From: an uncultured Opitutales bacterium
GTDB lineage: Bacteria > Verrucomicrobiota > Verrucomicrobiia > Opitutales > UBA9783
Direction: 5' to 3'
Length of the DNA stretch: 32,000 nucleotides
Assembly (NCBI GenBank): GCA_934691225.1
Contig: CAKUSQ010000002.1
Span: 27,372 to 59,371 of the forward strand
Shown here: positions 22,777-31,490 of the stretch, piece by piece
Layout: each line of letters opens with the position of its first letter
How positions within the stretch are numbered: the first letter of the stretch is position 1
Notes under the pieces: model-generated
Told to the model about the DNA's origin: nothing
The model's input: the letters and a program-made list of their open reading frames with translations, nothing else
Database searches by the model: none
Position numbers and translations under genes: made by a program

Positions 22777-24042
22777 TTATATTAATTTCAATGATGAAAA
22801 TATTCGTTGAGCTGCACCTTGATTGTTTTGTACCCATACTAACGCGGATGTTCCATACGTTTTGGCAGCTTCAGGATCTTTTAACCAAGCTAAAAAAGTT
22901 TGTTTAACTTCATAAGCATCTTTGCAGCGATAAGCCCCGTGCGCAGCCTCAAGACTTTTACAAATAGCTCGAAAATTTTCCATATGCGGACCGTAAAGCA
23001 TAGGTTTACCGAGCGAAGCAGCTTCTATAGGTGTTTGTCCACCTTGGTTAGGATCTAAACTTTTACCGATAAAAACAAAGTTGGCAAACGATAAAAATTG
23101 ATACAGTTCGCCGGTTGTATTGACTACATAAATTTCAGCATCATTGATAGGTTCTGTTCGCAAACAAAATGTAAAAGAGTATGTCTGTAAAAGTTTTTTG
23201 ATTTCTTGACTTCGTTCTGCATGTCGTGGTACCAAAATGAGCCGCAAATAGGGATCGTATTTACGCGCTTCCTGATATAAATCTAGCAGTAATTTTTCCT
23301 CTCCAGGCCATGTGGATGCTCCTAACAAAACGGTTGAGTGTTTCCAGTGCTCACCTAAACTTTCTAATTGAAGGTTCTGGGTTGGGAATTGGAGGTGACA
23401 AAGCGCCGCATCTACTTTCAAATTTCCTGTATTTTCTACAGGAATATTAGGGCAAAAGTGGCGAAAACGTTGCGCATCTATTTCACTGGAAGCAAAAATT
23501 TTTGTTAAAAAACTAAATAAAATACGTGCAACCGGTTTGCAGTAATTGTAGTGAGCAAATGATTTGTCAGAACAACGTCCGTTTATCACATATGCATCCA
23601 CATGGTGGCAGATTGCTTGATATAAATGTTCAGGCCATAGTTCTGATTCCATCAAAATCACTGCTTGAGGTCGGATGCGGTGCCAAGCAAGTTTTGAAAA
23701 CAACCAAAAATCTAATGGGAAATAAGCAATAACACTCGCTAAATCTACATATTTTTTATGCGCAATACGATGAGCGGTTGATGTCGTTGTCGTTAAGTAC
23801 ACGTTATAATGGTGACGTTTAAAAAGCTCCATCAGCGGTTGCAAAGCTTCAACCTCACCTACACTGACAGCTTGTATCCAAATAATATGATTTAGCGAAT
23901 GTTTAGGTACAAATCCAAAACGATGTAAAAAACCGTTTTTATACCCACCACGACGCCACATTTTTAATAAATAATACGGCATTAAACATAAGAAGATCGG
24001 AAAAAATAATAACCGATAAATGAGGATAAAACATAACTGCAT
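22777..24042 (-). CDS. waaA: 3-deoxy-D-manno-octulosonic acid (Kdo) transferase
   Basis: IWIQAVSVGEVEAL, ESELWPE, LILVPRHAER, GGQTPIEAASLGKPMLYGPHMENF; colinear with E. coli WaaA/KdtA. Confidence 0.9.
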   Translation of the reverse strand: MQLCFILIYRLLFFPIFLCLMPYYLLKMWRRGGYKNGFLHRFGFVPKHSLNHIIWIQAVSVGEVEALQPLMELFKRHHYNVYLTTTTSTAHRIAHKKYVDLASVIAYFPLDFWLFSKLAWHRIRPQAVILMESELWPEHLYQAICHHVDAYVINGRCSDKSFAHYNYCKPVARILFSFLTKIFASSEIDAQRFRHFCPNIPVENTGNLKVDAALCHLQFPTQNLQLESLGEHWKHSTVLLGASTWPGEEKLLLDLYQEARKYDPYLRLILVPRHAERSQEIKKLLQTYSFTFCLRTEPINDAEIYVVNTTGELYQFLSFANFVFIGKSLDPNQGGQTPIEAASLGKPMLYGPHMENFRAICKSLEAAHGAYRCKDAYEVKQTFLAWLKDPEAAKTYGTSALVWVQNNQGAAQRIFSSLKLI

Positions 24043-24111
24043 ACGTTCTAATGCCGATATTTATCAAAATTTTGCACGAACATTATTTTATGATCATGCT
24101 CTAAAAATTGT

Positions 24112-24366
24112 TTATTGTTTTTTATTAAATTTAGGTTCTAAATATTCGACGCAAGAATTGAGCGATTCAAGGTGTGAATAATCAGCTTCTGGAACTTCAA
24201 TATTATATTTTTTGCGCAACTCCATAACGATATCTAAAAAGTCCATAGAATCTAATTCCAACTGGTCGCGCAACCGAATATCATCTTTTAAATTGCTTAG
24301 ATCTTCATCCGGTGCAATTTCGGCAATAATATCAATAATAATTTTACGAATGTTTGATTTTTCCAT
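24112..24366 (-). CDS. Specialised acyl carrier protein (non-AcpP type)
   Basis: 84 aa. Phosphopantetheine-attachment Ser in LELDSMDFLDIVMEL, which differs from the housekeeping AcpP GADSLDTVELVMALEEEF. Confidence 0.8.
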   Translation of the reverse strand: MEKSNIRKIIIDIIAEIAPDEDLSNLKDDIRLRDQLELDSMDFLDIVMELRKKYNIEVPEADYSHLESLNSCVEYLEPKFNKKQ

Positions 24367-24377
24367 TGTTTTTTAAG

Positions 24378-25625
24378 TTAAATGACTGGATTATAACGTT
24401 TCACAATTACAACTGAATTTATGCCAAGCATCCCAAAAGAGTTGTTAAGAATGGTATCTATTTTTTGTAAATGTTTCGGTTGATTAATCACTAAATTGTT
24501 AAGTTCGCATTCTGGATCTAAGTTATCTACATTGATGGTAGGATGAACCATATGATCTTCGAATGATGGTAAATTACCAGCTAATTCCAAGGATCCTGCA
24601 GCTCCCATGGCGTGACCGATAAAACTTTTTGTGTTGTTAAAATGTGTATTTGGAGCATCTTTGAAAGCTTCACGTAAAGCTTGGCATTCTTTGATATCCC
24701 CTAAAATAGTCGATGTGGCATGCGTGTTGACAATATCAATATCATTCGCTTGTAAGTTCGCTTTTTTGAGCGCTAATTCAATGCATTCAACCTGGCGTTG
24801 ACTGCAAGGGAGAACAGCACTTTCTGCATCCGAGTTGATGCCGTAACCTACAATTTCTCCAAAAATTTTAGCTTTTCTGGCAAGCGCTGCGTCTAAACGT
24901 TCGAGGGTGAAAAAGCATCCACCTTCGCTAATAACAATACCATTACGGGCTTTATCGAAAGGTCGACTGGCTTTGTTAGGATCAGGATTTTCTGCTAATG
25001 CGCCTTGATTTTTAAATCCAGCAAAAATTCCAAAAGTATGTATACTTTCACTTACCCCACCAACCAATGCCATATCTACTTCATTTAAACGTAACATTTG
25101 GACACCTTGGATAAGGCCCAAATTTCCACCAGCACAAGCACCTCCGATTGTATAATGTGGCCCTGTGATTCCTAAGTTGATCGAAACTTCACCTGCTGGA
25201 TTATTAGCAACGGTTCGAGGATTATGGTGATGATTCCAAAAGCGTGTGTCATAACCAAATTTTGAAATCTGGTAAACTTCATTTTCAGTTTCTACATTGC
25301 CGTGTTCGGTAACACCTACATACACACCAATGCGATGCTTATCCATTTGGTCGAGGTTTAAGCCACTGGATTCAATAGCTTTATGGGCACAATAAATGCC
25401 TATACTTCCAGCACGTGTTCCTACACGCAATTCTTTTTTTGTTTGGTAATCTGTTGCGTTAAAAGTACAAACACCGGCTAACACCAATCCAATATAGCGC
25501 ATGTCAATACGTTGAATACAGGCATATCCTTCCAGCAAATGTTTTCTAAACTCTGTTAAAGAGTTACCATTGGGGGCTGTTAAACCCACCCCTGTAATAA
25601 CAATGCGTTCAGATAAATTCAACAT
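24378..25625 (-). CDS. Beta-ketoacyl-ACP synthase, elongating KAS I/II (FabF-like) family
   Basis: Cys-His-His triad context: IGGACAGGN, VNTHATSTILGD, KSFIGHAMGAAG. N-terminus is RIVITGVGLTAPNG. Confidence 0.85.
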   Translation of the reverse strand: MLNLSERIVITGVGLTAPNGNSLTEFRKHLLEGYACIQRIDMRYIGLVLAGVCTFNATDYQTKKELRVGTRAGSIGIYCAHKAIESSGLNLDQMDKHRIGVYVGVTEHGNVETENEVYQISKFGYDTRFWNHHHNPRTVANNPAGEVSINLGITGPHYTIGGACAGGNLGLIQGVQMLRLNEVDMALVGGVSESIHTFGIFAGFKNQGALAENPDPNKASRPFDKARNGIVISEGGCFFTLERLDAALARKAKIFGEIVGYGINSDAESAVLPCSQRQVECIELALKKANLQANDIDIVNTHATSTILGDIKECQALREAFKDAPNTHFNNTKSFIGHAMGAAGSLELAGNLPSFEDHMVHPTINVDNLDPECELNNLVINQPKHLQKIDTILNNSFGMLGINSVVIVKRYNPVI

Positions 25626-25691
25626 AAACGACCTTTGAAAGCTAATACTGTAACAAGTTTTTACAGAAATAAAAGCTAAAAAACAAGTTTT

Positions 25692-28340
25692 TTACATAAT
25701 TAATTTTTTCAAAGCATTACGTTTTTGAATATTATCTTCTAACAGTTTTTTAACCCCAACAATGACTGCTTCAGGAGCGTGCGACATGAAACGTTCATTG
25801 GCTAATTTTTGTTCTGCGGATTGAATATGTTTGGTTAACAATTCGATTTCTCTTTTTATTGCATCCGTATCATCTTGGGTAGAGGTTTGATCGATAATTA
25901 AGAAAAATGTTCCCCATAAGGTGACTGTTTTGGGCATACCTTCTTTAGGTTCTGTTTTCACATCAATCTGTTTCAATCCAACTAGTTTTTTTATCAATTC
26001 TGTATGTTGATGGAAATATTCAGCATATTTACCTTTAGTTTCCAACACAACTGTCATGGTGACATTTTTGTCTGAGGCTAACCCATGTTTGGATTTCAAA
26101 GCGCGCAATTCACTAACTAAATTCCGTAATTGCTCAATAGTTTCAATTTCATTTTCTGTATAACTTTTGTGCACTTGAGCCCATTGTTTTAATGGATTTA
26201 TGCTCCATCCAGATTCCTGAATAATGCAATCATTTAAATGCAATTGTGCATAAAGCTCTTCAGAAATATAAGGAGCGTAGGGTTCCAGCATAGTTAATAT
26301 TTGCGTTAAGAATAAATCTTGAACAGCCAAGCACGTGTGTGTTTGGTGTTTTTGAACTTCAAGATACCAATCGCAAAATATGTTTTTAAAACATTGTTGC
26401 AGGAGCTTTATGGCAGCACTGAATTCGTACTTTTCTAGAAATTTTTCGTAATCTGCCATTGTTTTTAGTAGAATGGAAAGCAGATGTGCATCGTAAATAG
26501 ATAAATTGCCGAAATGTTCAATTTTATTTAAAATATCATTCAGATTTCGGTAAGGGATAATATCGCCTTGCATTTGTCTAAAACGGCATGCATTCCACAA
26601 CTTTGTGCAAAAATTTCTTCCTTGAATTAAGAAGCGCTCATCAAAACGAATATCTTGGCCTTGTGGAGCAATTGAAAGTAAACCGACACGCACACCATCA
26701 GCACCAAATTTTTTGATTAAATCAAGAGGATCAGGTGAATTACCGAGACTTTTGGACATTTTTCGGCCAATTGAATCTCTAACAATACCTGTCAGGTAAA
26801 TATTTTTGAATGGAATACGTTGTTCTAAAGGACGATCATCCAAAAATTCAAGAGAAGCGATAATCATGCGTGTGATCCAGAAAAATAGAATATCTGGACC
26901 AGAAACAAGTGTATTAGCTGGAAAAAAGTCGTTGAAAAACTGTTTTGTCTCCGGCTTATTATCTAACCAGTTTAAAGTTCCTAATGGCCAAAGCCAGGAA
27001 GAAAACCAGGTATCCATAACATCGGGATCTTGTTCCCAATTTTCAGGATCTTGTGGCCCATCCACTGAGACGTGAATGATGGATTTATCGGTTTTGTGGT
27101 ACCAAACGGGAATGCGATGTCCCCACCAAAGTTGACGGCTAATGCACCAATCTTGAATGTTTTCTAACCAATGCAAATACGTTTTTATCCAACGTTGAGG
27201 CCAAAATTTTACAAAGAATTTCTCGGCGACTTGTTTGGCTTCTTCGACTTTAGGATAACGAACAAACCACTGTTCTGATAAGCGAGGTTCTATAGGTACA
27301 TCAGCGCGTTCTGAATAACCTACGGCATGGTCGTAAGGTTTTTCTTCAACCAGCAGATTTTTCTCACGTAAAGCTTCAATTACAGCTTTTCGTGCTTGTA
27401 AGCGGTCCATGCCTTCGAAAGGTGCTCCCTGAGCGTTAACGATTCCTCGTTCATCCAAAACCTCTATAAAAGGTAAATGGTGGCGTTGCCCAACATCGAA
27501 ATCAATAGGATCATGTGCAGGCGTAATTTTTAAAGCGCCCGTTCCAAATTCACGGTCTACAACTTCGTCTGCAATAATAGGGATAACTCTAGAAGCGTCG
27601 AAAGGACATTGTGCGTGCAATCCTATAAGGTTTTGATAACGTGTATCTTGTGGATGAACAGCTAAAGCTACGTCTCCCATAATCGTTTCTGGACGCGTCG
27701 TAGCGATATTAATGAATGTTCCAGGTTTCTCAACAATAGCGTAACGAAAAGTGTACAAAAATGCAGATGTTTGTTTCATAATCACTTCTTCGTCACTGAG
27801 AGCTGTTTGGGAAACAGGGCACCAATTTACAAGACGTTTACCTTTGTAAATGTATCCACGTTCGTATAATTTTACAAATGCTGTTAAAACACCACGAGAA
27901 TAATTTGGATCTAATGTATAAGTGTTGTGATTCCAATCGCAAGAAACACCTAGGCTTTTCATTTGATCACCAATGATGTGTTTGTGTTCTTTAACCCACT
28001 CTTGTACACGTTCTATAAAAGCTTTTCGTCCCAATTTTTGCCGAAATAAGCCTTCTTTCTTTAAAACTTTTTCAACCTTATTTTGAGTAGCAATACCTGC
28101 ATGGTCGGTCCCTGGAATCCAAAGCACATCTTTCCCTTGAATGCGTGCCCACCGGCAAAGCACATCTTGGATCACATCATTAAGCATATGCCCCATGTGC
28201 AATATACCAGTAACATTAGGCGGTGGCATAAATAAAGTAAAAGTGGGTTTACCGTTGTGTTTAGCTTCAAAACAGTGGGCTTCTTGCCAATATTTATTCC
28301 ATTTTTTTTCAATGTCTTCAGGGGAGTATGTTTTTTCCAT
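25692..28340 (-). CDS. valS: Valine--tRNA ligase
   Basis: PPPNVTGILHMGH (HIGH), KMSKSLGN (KMSKS), PGTDHAGIATQ, and a C-terminal coiled coil. I prefer ATG 28340 (MEKTYSPEDIEKKW) over the track's TTG at 28370. Confidence 0.97.
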   Translation of the reverse strand: MEKTYSPEDIEKKWNKYWQEAHCFEAKHNGKPTFTLFMPPPNVTGILHMGHMLNDVIQDVLCRWARIQGKDVLWIPGTDHAGIATQNKVEKVLKKEGLFRQKLGRKAFIERVQEWVKEHKHIIGDQMKSLGVSCDWNHNTYTLDPNYSRGVLTAFVKLYERGYIYKGKRLVNWCPVSQTALSDEEVIMKQTSAFLYTFRYAIVEKPGTFINIATTRPETIMGDVALAVHPQDTRYQNLIGLHAQCPFDASRVIPIIADEVVDREFGTGALKITPAHDPIDFDVGQRHHLPFIEVLDERGIVNAQGAPFEGMDRLQARKAVIEALREKNLLVEEKPYDHAVGYSERADVPIEPRLSEQWFVRYPKVEEAKQVAEKFFVKFWPQRWIKTYLHWLENIQDWCISRQLWWGHRIPVWYHKTDKSIIHVSVDGPQDPENWEQDPDVMDTWFSSWLWPLGTLNWLDNKPETKQFFNDFFPANTLVSGPDILFFWITRMIIASLEFLDDRPLEQRIPFKNIYLTGIVRDSIGRKMSKSLGNSPDPLDLIKKFGADGVRVGLLSIAPQGQDIRFDERFLIQGRNFCTKLWNACRFRQMQGDIIPYRNLNDILNKIEHFGNLSIYDAHLLSILLKTMADYEKFLEKYEFSAAIKLLQQCFKNIFCDWYLEVQKHQTHTCLAVQDLFLTQILTMLEPYAPYISEELYAQLHLNDCIIQESGWSINPLKQWAQVHKSYTENEIETIEQLRNLVSELRALKSKHGLASDKNVTMTVVLETKGKYAEYFHQHTELIKKLVGLKQIDVKTEPKEGMPKTVTLWGTFFLIIDQTSTQDDTDAIKREIELLTKHIQSAEQKLANERFMSHAPEAVIVGVKKLLEDNIQKRNALKKLIM

Positions 28341-28607
28341 GAGAACCATAACATTTCTATTCAGCGACAAATGTGTGTTTTCGTCCAGATTTTTTTGTAA
28401 ATTTATAAAAAATTAAATTGTATGATATGAAAATTAAAAGAAGAAAAAGGCAATTTGTGCAATAAAAACAATGATAAGCAATGAATAGGTAATTTTGATA
28501 AAAAGATTGTGCTTACGGATGCAGTTTTGTTTTTTAGTTTTTTTGAAATCAAAACAATGGGTAATATCTCTAGGCGATTCCATAAAAACATTAGAAGATA
28601 AATTCTT

Positions 28608-29939
28608 TTAACCTGCAACCAAATTTTCTAAATGATAGCAGTGGCTACCTTTTAAATAGATACAGTCAATGTTTAGTTGCGCCAAAAATGCGGTTACTTC
28701 ATTTGAATTTTCAAACGTTTTGATTTGTTGTGTTTGGGCCCCTTGTTGCTTTAAACCATCTGCTAAAGCTTCTTTAAATGTACCAATACAAATATAAATA
28801 TCGGTAGGACGAATGTGAAATTTTTTGGCTAAATTTTTATGAAAATTGATGCTATTTTCTCCCAATTCCATCATACTTCCTAGACAGTAACAAATGGATT
28901 TTACATGAGGACATGTGCGATAAAAATGTTGAAGACTGTCATTAAAAGCAGCTGGATTGGCATTATAACAATCGATAAAAAAATGTTGGCCGTTTTTATG
29001 TTGCCAAACCCCTCGATTGGGTATGGGTTTTAATTGTTGCAGTCGTTCTTGAATGGTTAACGGCGAGATTCCTATGGTTAATGCATAGCCTATGGCCATA
29101 GCAAATGATTCTGCTGCACCATTTCCACATAAAGAAGGAATACTAAAAGTTTGGTTATTAATTTGTATGTCCCATCCATTGGGAGTTAAATCTAAATGGT
29201 AAGAAATTGTATTGTTGTTCGTTTGTATTTTCCCATTTACGTATTCATAGTATTTTCCGTTACATGTATAAAATTTCGACCAAGTTTTAGGAAAAAATGA
29301 ACTATGTTTAGCTGCATTTATCAATTTAAATTTTTCGTAACCGATGGATTTTATGGATGAAAAATTTTGAAGATGAACTGGATTTACATTAATCAAAATA
29401 GCGTCATCAGGAGATATTATTTTTGCTAAAATATCCATTTCACCAGGGGCGCTTATTCCAGTTTCAATGACTGCATATGAATGGATTTTTGGATCGATGC
29501 ATGTGATGGACAAAGGTATCCCTAAATGATTGTTAAAATTGCCTGGTGTTTTAAATGTGGATGGACCTAATAAGGTGGCTAAGATTTCTTTAAACGTGGT
29601 TTTTCCACAACTTCCTGTAATGGCAATGATGTGCGTATTTAAGGTTTTTCGATAATTTTCAGCAATATTTTGAAAAGCTTGAAGCGTGTTTTTTACAATC
29701 AATTGAGGGAGCAAACAATCGGGAATTTCTTTCTCAACAATAGCAGCACGTGCACCTTTATTATACGCTTCATTAACAAAAAGGTGACCATCGTTTGTTT
29801 TATTTTTTATAGCCAAAAAACAGTCGTTTGCATTTAACAATCTTGTGTCAAAACAAAAATTTTTAATATCAGAATGTGGTTTATTTAACCAATATCCTTG
29901 TGTCCATTTTTGCAATAAAATCGGATCAAATATTTTCAT
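28608..29939 (-). CDS. murF: UDP-N-acetylmuramoyl-tripeptide--D-alanyl-D-alanine ligase
   Basis: Mur ligase P-loop ITGSCGKTTFKE, 443 aa, immediately after murE with an ATGA overlap. Confidence 0.9.
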   Translation of the reverse strand: MKIFDPILLQKWTQGYWLNKPHSDIKNFCFDTRLLNANDCFLAIKNKTNDGHLFVNEAYNKGARAAIVEKEIPDCLLPQLIVKNTLQAFQNIAENYRKTLNTHIIAITGSCGKTTFKEILATLLGPSTFKTPGNFNNHLGIPLSITCIDPKIHSYAVIETGISAPGEMDILAKIISPDDAILINVNPVHLQNFSSIKSIGYEKFKLINAAKHSSFFPKTWSKFYTCNGKYYEYVNGKIQTNNNTISYHLDLTPNGWDIQINNQTFSIPSLCGNGAAESFAMAIGYALTIGISPLTIQERLQQLKPIPNRGVWQHKNGQHFFIDCYNANPAAFNDSLQHFYRTCPHVKSICYCLGSMMELGENSINFHKNLAKKFHIRPTDIYICIGTFKEALADGLKQQGAQTQQIKTFENSNEVTAFLAQLNIDCIYLKGSHCYHLENLVAG

Positions 29940-31486
29940 TTATTTTTTTGAATATTATCAAAAACTTCAACTACTTTTTTATCATCGAAAGGTAAGAAAT
30001 GACCATCAATTTCTTGATATTGTTCATGACCTTTACCTGCAATTAAAAGACAATCCCCAGGTTGACAATGGCGCAAAGCCGTACAGATAGCTTCAGCTCT
30101 ATCGACTATGAAATTTACATGGTTATTATTTGAAAATCCAGAACGTATATCATCAAAAATTTGTTCTTGTGATTCTGTTCGAGGATTATCACTTGTGACC
30201 CAAATTTGGTTTGCGTAGGTCTCTGCCACATGCGCCATTACAGGGCGTTTAGTGCGATCTCTATTGCCACCGCATCCAAATACGACGTTTAAATTTTTTG
30301 ATGTTAACCCTCGAAGCGTTTTTAGTACATTTTTTAAGGCTTCAGGCTTGTGTGCAAAATCGACAAAAATTTTTATGCCAAGGGAATTGAGTACTTCTTC
30401 TAGCCGTCCAGGAACCTGTGAAAATGTTGATAAAGCTGGCACAACGGTATTTAAATCATAGCCTTGTGCGTAGCATATTCCAAGAGCTGTTAAGCAATTA
30501 TAAACGTTAAATTGACCAAGTAAGGCAGTTTTTACAAGCCATTCCCCCGTGGGTGCTTTTAAAACGAAGGATGTACCTGTTAAATCTGTTTGCACTTGTG
30601 TTGCTTGCAGCATAGCTGGCGTATCGATTCCAATGGTAATCAATTTAATGGATGGAGAAATTTCCGATAAAAGGCGTTGTCCATAAGGATCATCTACATT
30701 AATAACAGCGTTTTTTAATCCGGATTGTAAAAACAACTGTTTCTTGGTTTGATAGTATGATTCCATGGTTTTATGGTAATCCAAATGTTCTAAACTTAAA
30801 TTTGTAAAAGCGGCTGTTTCAAATGTAAGTGATGCCGTTCGTTTTTGTTCAATGGCATGCGATGAAACTTCTAAAATGGCATTACGTTCGTGTGATTGTA
30901 CCATTTCATTAAGATAGCTGTTTAAGCTAAGTGCATCTGGAGTTGTTCTGGAAGCAGGGAGGATACGTCGGCCAAGATCATAATGCAGACTACCGATTAG
31001 TCCAGTGGTTTGTTTAAGAGAAGTTTGATATATGTGTCGTAATAGCCACGAAGTTGTTGTTTTACCACTGGTACCTGTAATGCCTACGAGTCGCAGTTTT
31101 TTGTCTGGTGTATTATAAAATTTATTCGATATTTGACTAACAGCTTCACGTATATTTTTTACTTGCACTTGAATGATGTTGTGCAATCGAGGAAACATTT
31201 TTTCGGTAACAATTACTTCAGCGCCCTTAGCAATCGCTTGTTCGATAAAATCGTTACCATCACAATGCATTCCTTCGATAGCGAAAAATAGTCCTTGAGG
31301 TTGTACGCATTGACTATGAATAGCTAGATGATTTATTAAGGGATTTATTTTAGGTCCTGAAATCTTTTGTACTGAAATGCCTCGCAGCAATGTTTTTAAA
31401 TCAATGGGAGTTGACATGAATTTAAGTAAAGGGAATGTGAGTGTTGTTACGGGTGAAGTGAAAATAGGAAGGGTGTTGTTGAGCAT
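29936..31486 (-). CDS. murE: UDP-N-acetylmuramoyl-L-alanyl-D-glutamate--2,6-diaminopimelate ligase
   Basis: GITGTSGKTTTSWLL, and a DNPRTE motif (DNPR is associated with meso-DAP specificity). The true start may be the internal Met at 31417 (MSTPIDLKTLL). Confidence 0.93.
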   Translation of the reverse strand: MLNNTLPIFTSPVTTLTFPLLKFMSTPIDLKTLLRGISVQKISGPKINPLINHLAIHSQCVQPQGLFFAIEGMHCDGNDFIEQAIAKGAEVIVTEKMFPRLHNIIQVQVKNIREAVSQISNKFYNTPDKKLRLVGITGTSGKTTTSWLLRHIYQTSLKQTTGLIGSLHYDLGRRILPASRTTPDALSLNSYLNEMVQSHERNAILEVSSHAIEQKRTASLTFETAAFTNLSLEHLDYHKTMESYYQTKKQLFLQSGLKNAVINVDDPYGQRLLSEISPSIKLITIGIDTPAMLQATQVQTDLTGTSFVLKAPTGEWLVKTALLGQFNVYNCLTALGICYAQGYDLNTVVPALSTFSQVPGRLEEVLNSLGIKIFVDFAHKPEALKNVLKTLRGLTSKNLNVVFGCGGNRDRTKRPVMAHVAETYANQIWVTSDNPRTESQEQIFDDIRSGFSNNNHVNFIVDRAEAICTALRHCQPGDCLLIAGKGHEQYQEIDGHFLPFDDKKVVEVFDNIQKNK

Positions 31487-31490
31487 AATG

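Noticed and set aside
25647-25694. Direct repeat AACAAGTTTTT(T)AC at ~25647 and ~25681, and a 6-bp hairpin CTGTAA…TTACAG, between valS and the KS gene
   Set aside because: The elements are short and AT-rich, and the second copy overlaps the valS stop codon. They are compatible with chance, and no T-run follows the hairpin on the transcribed strand.
28403-28618. 71-aa minus-strand ORF between murF and valS
   Set aside because: It overlaps the murF 3' end and has low-complexity F/L/K-rich AT-driven composition, with no motif and no plausible start context. I treat it as non-coding spacer.
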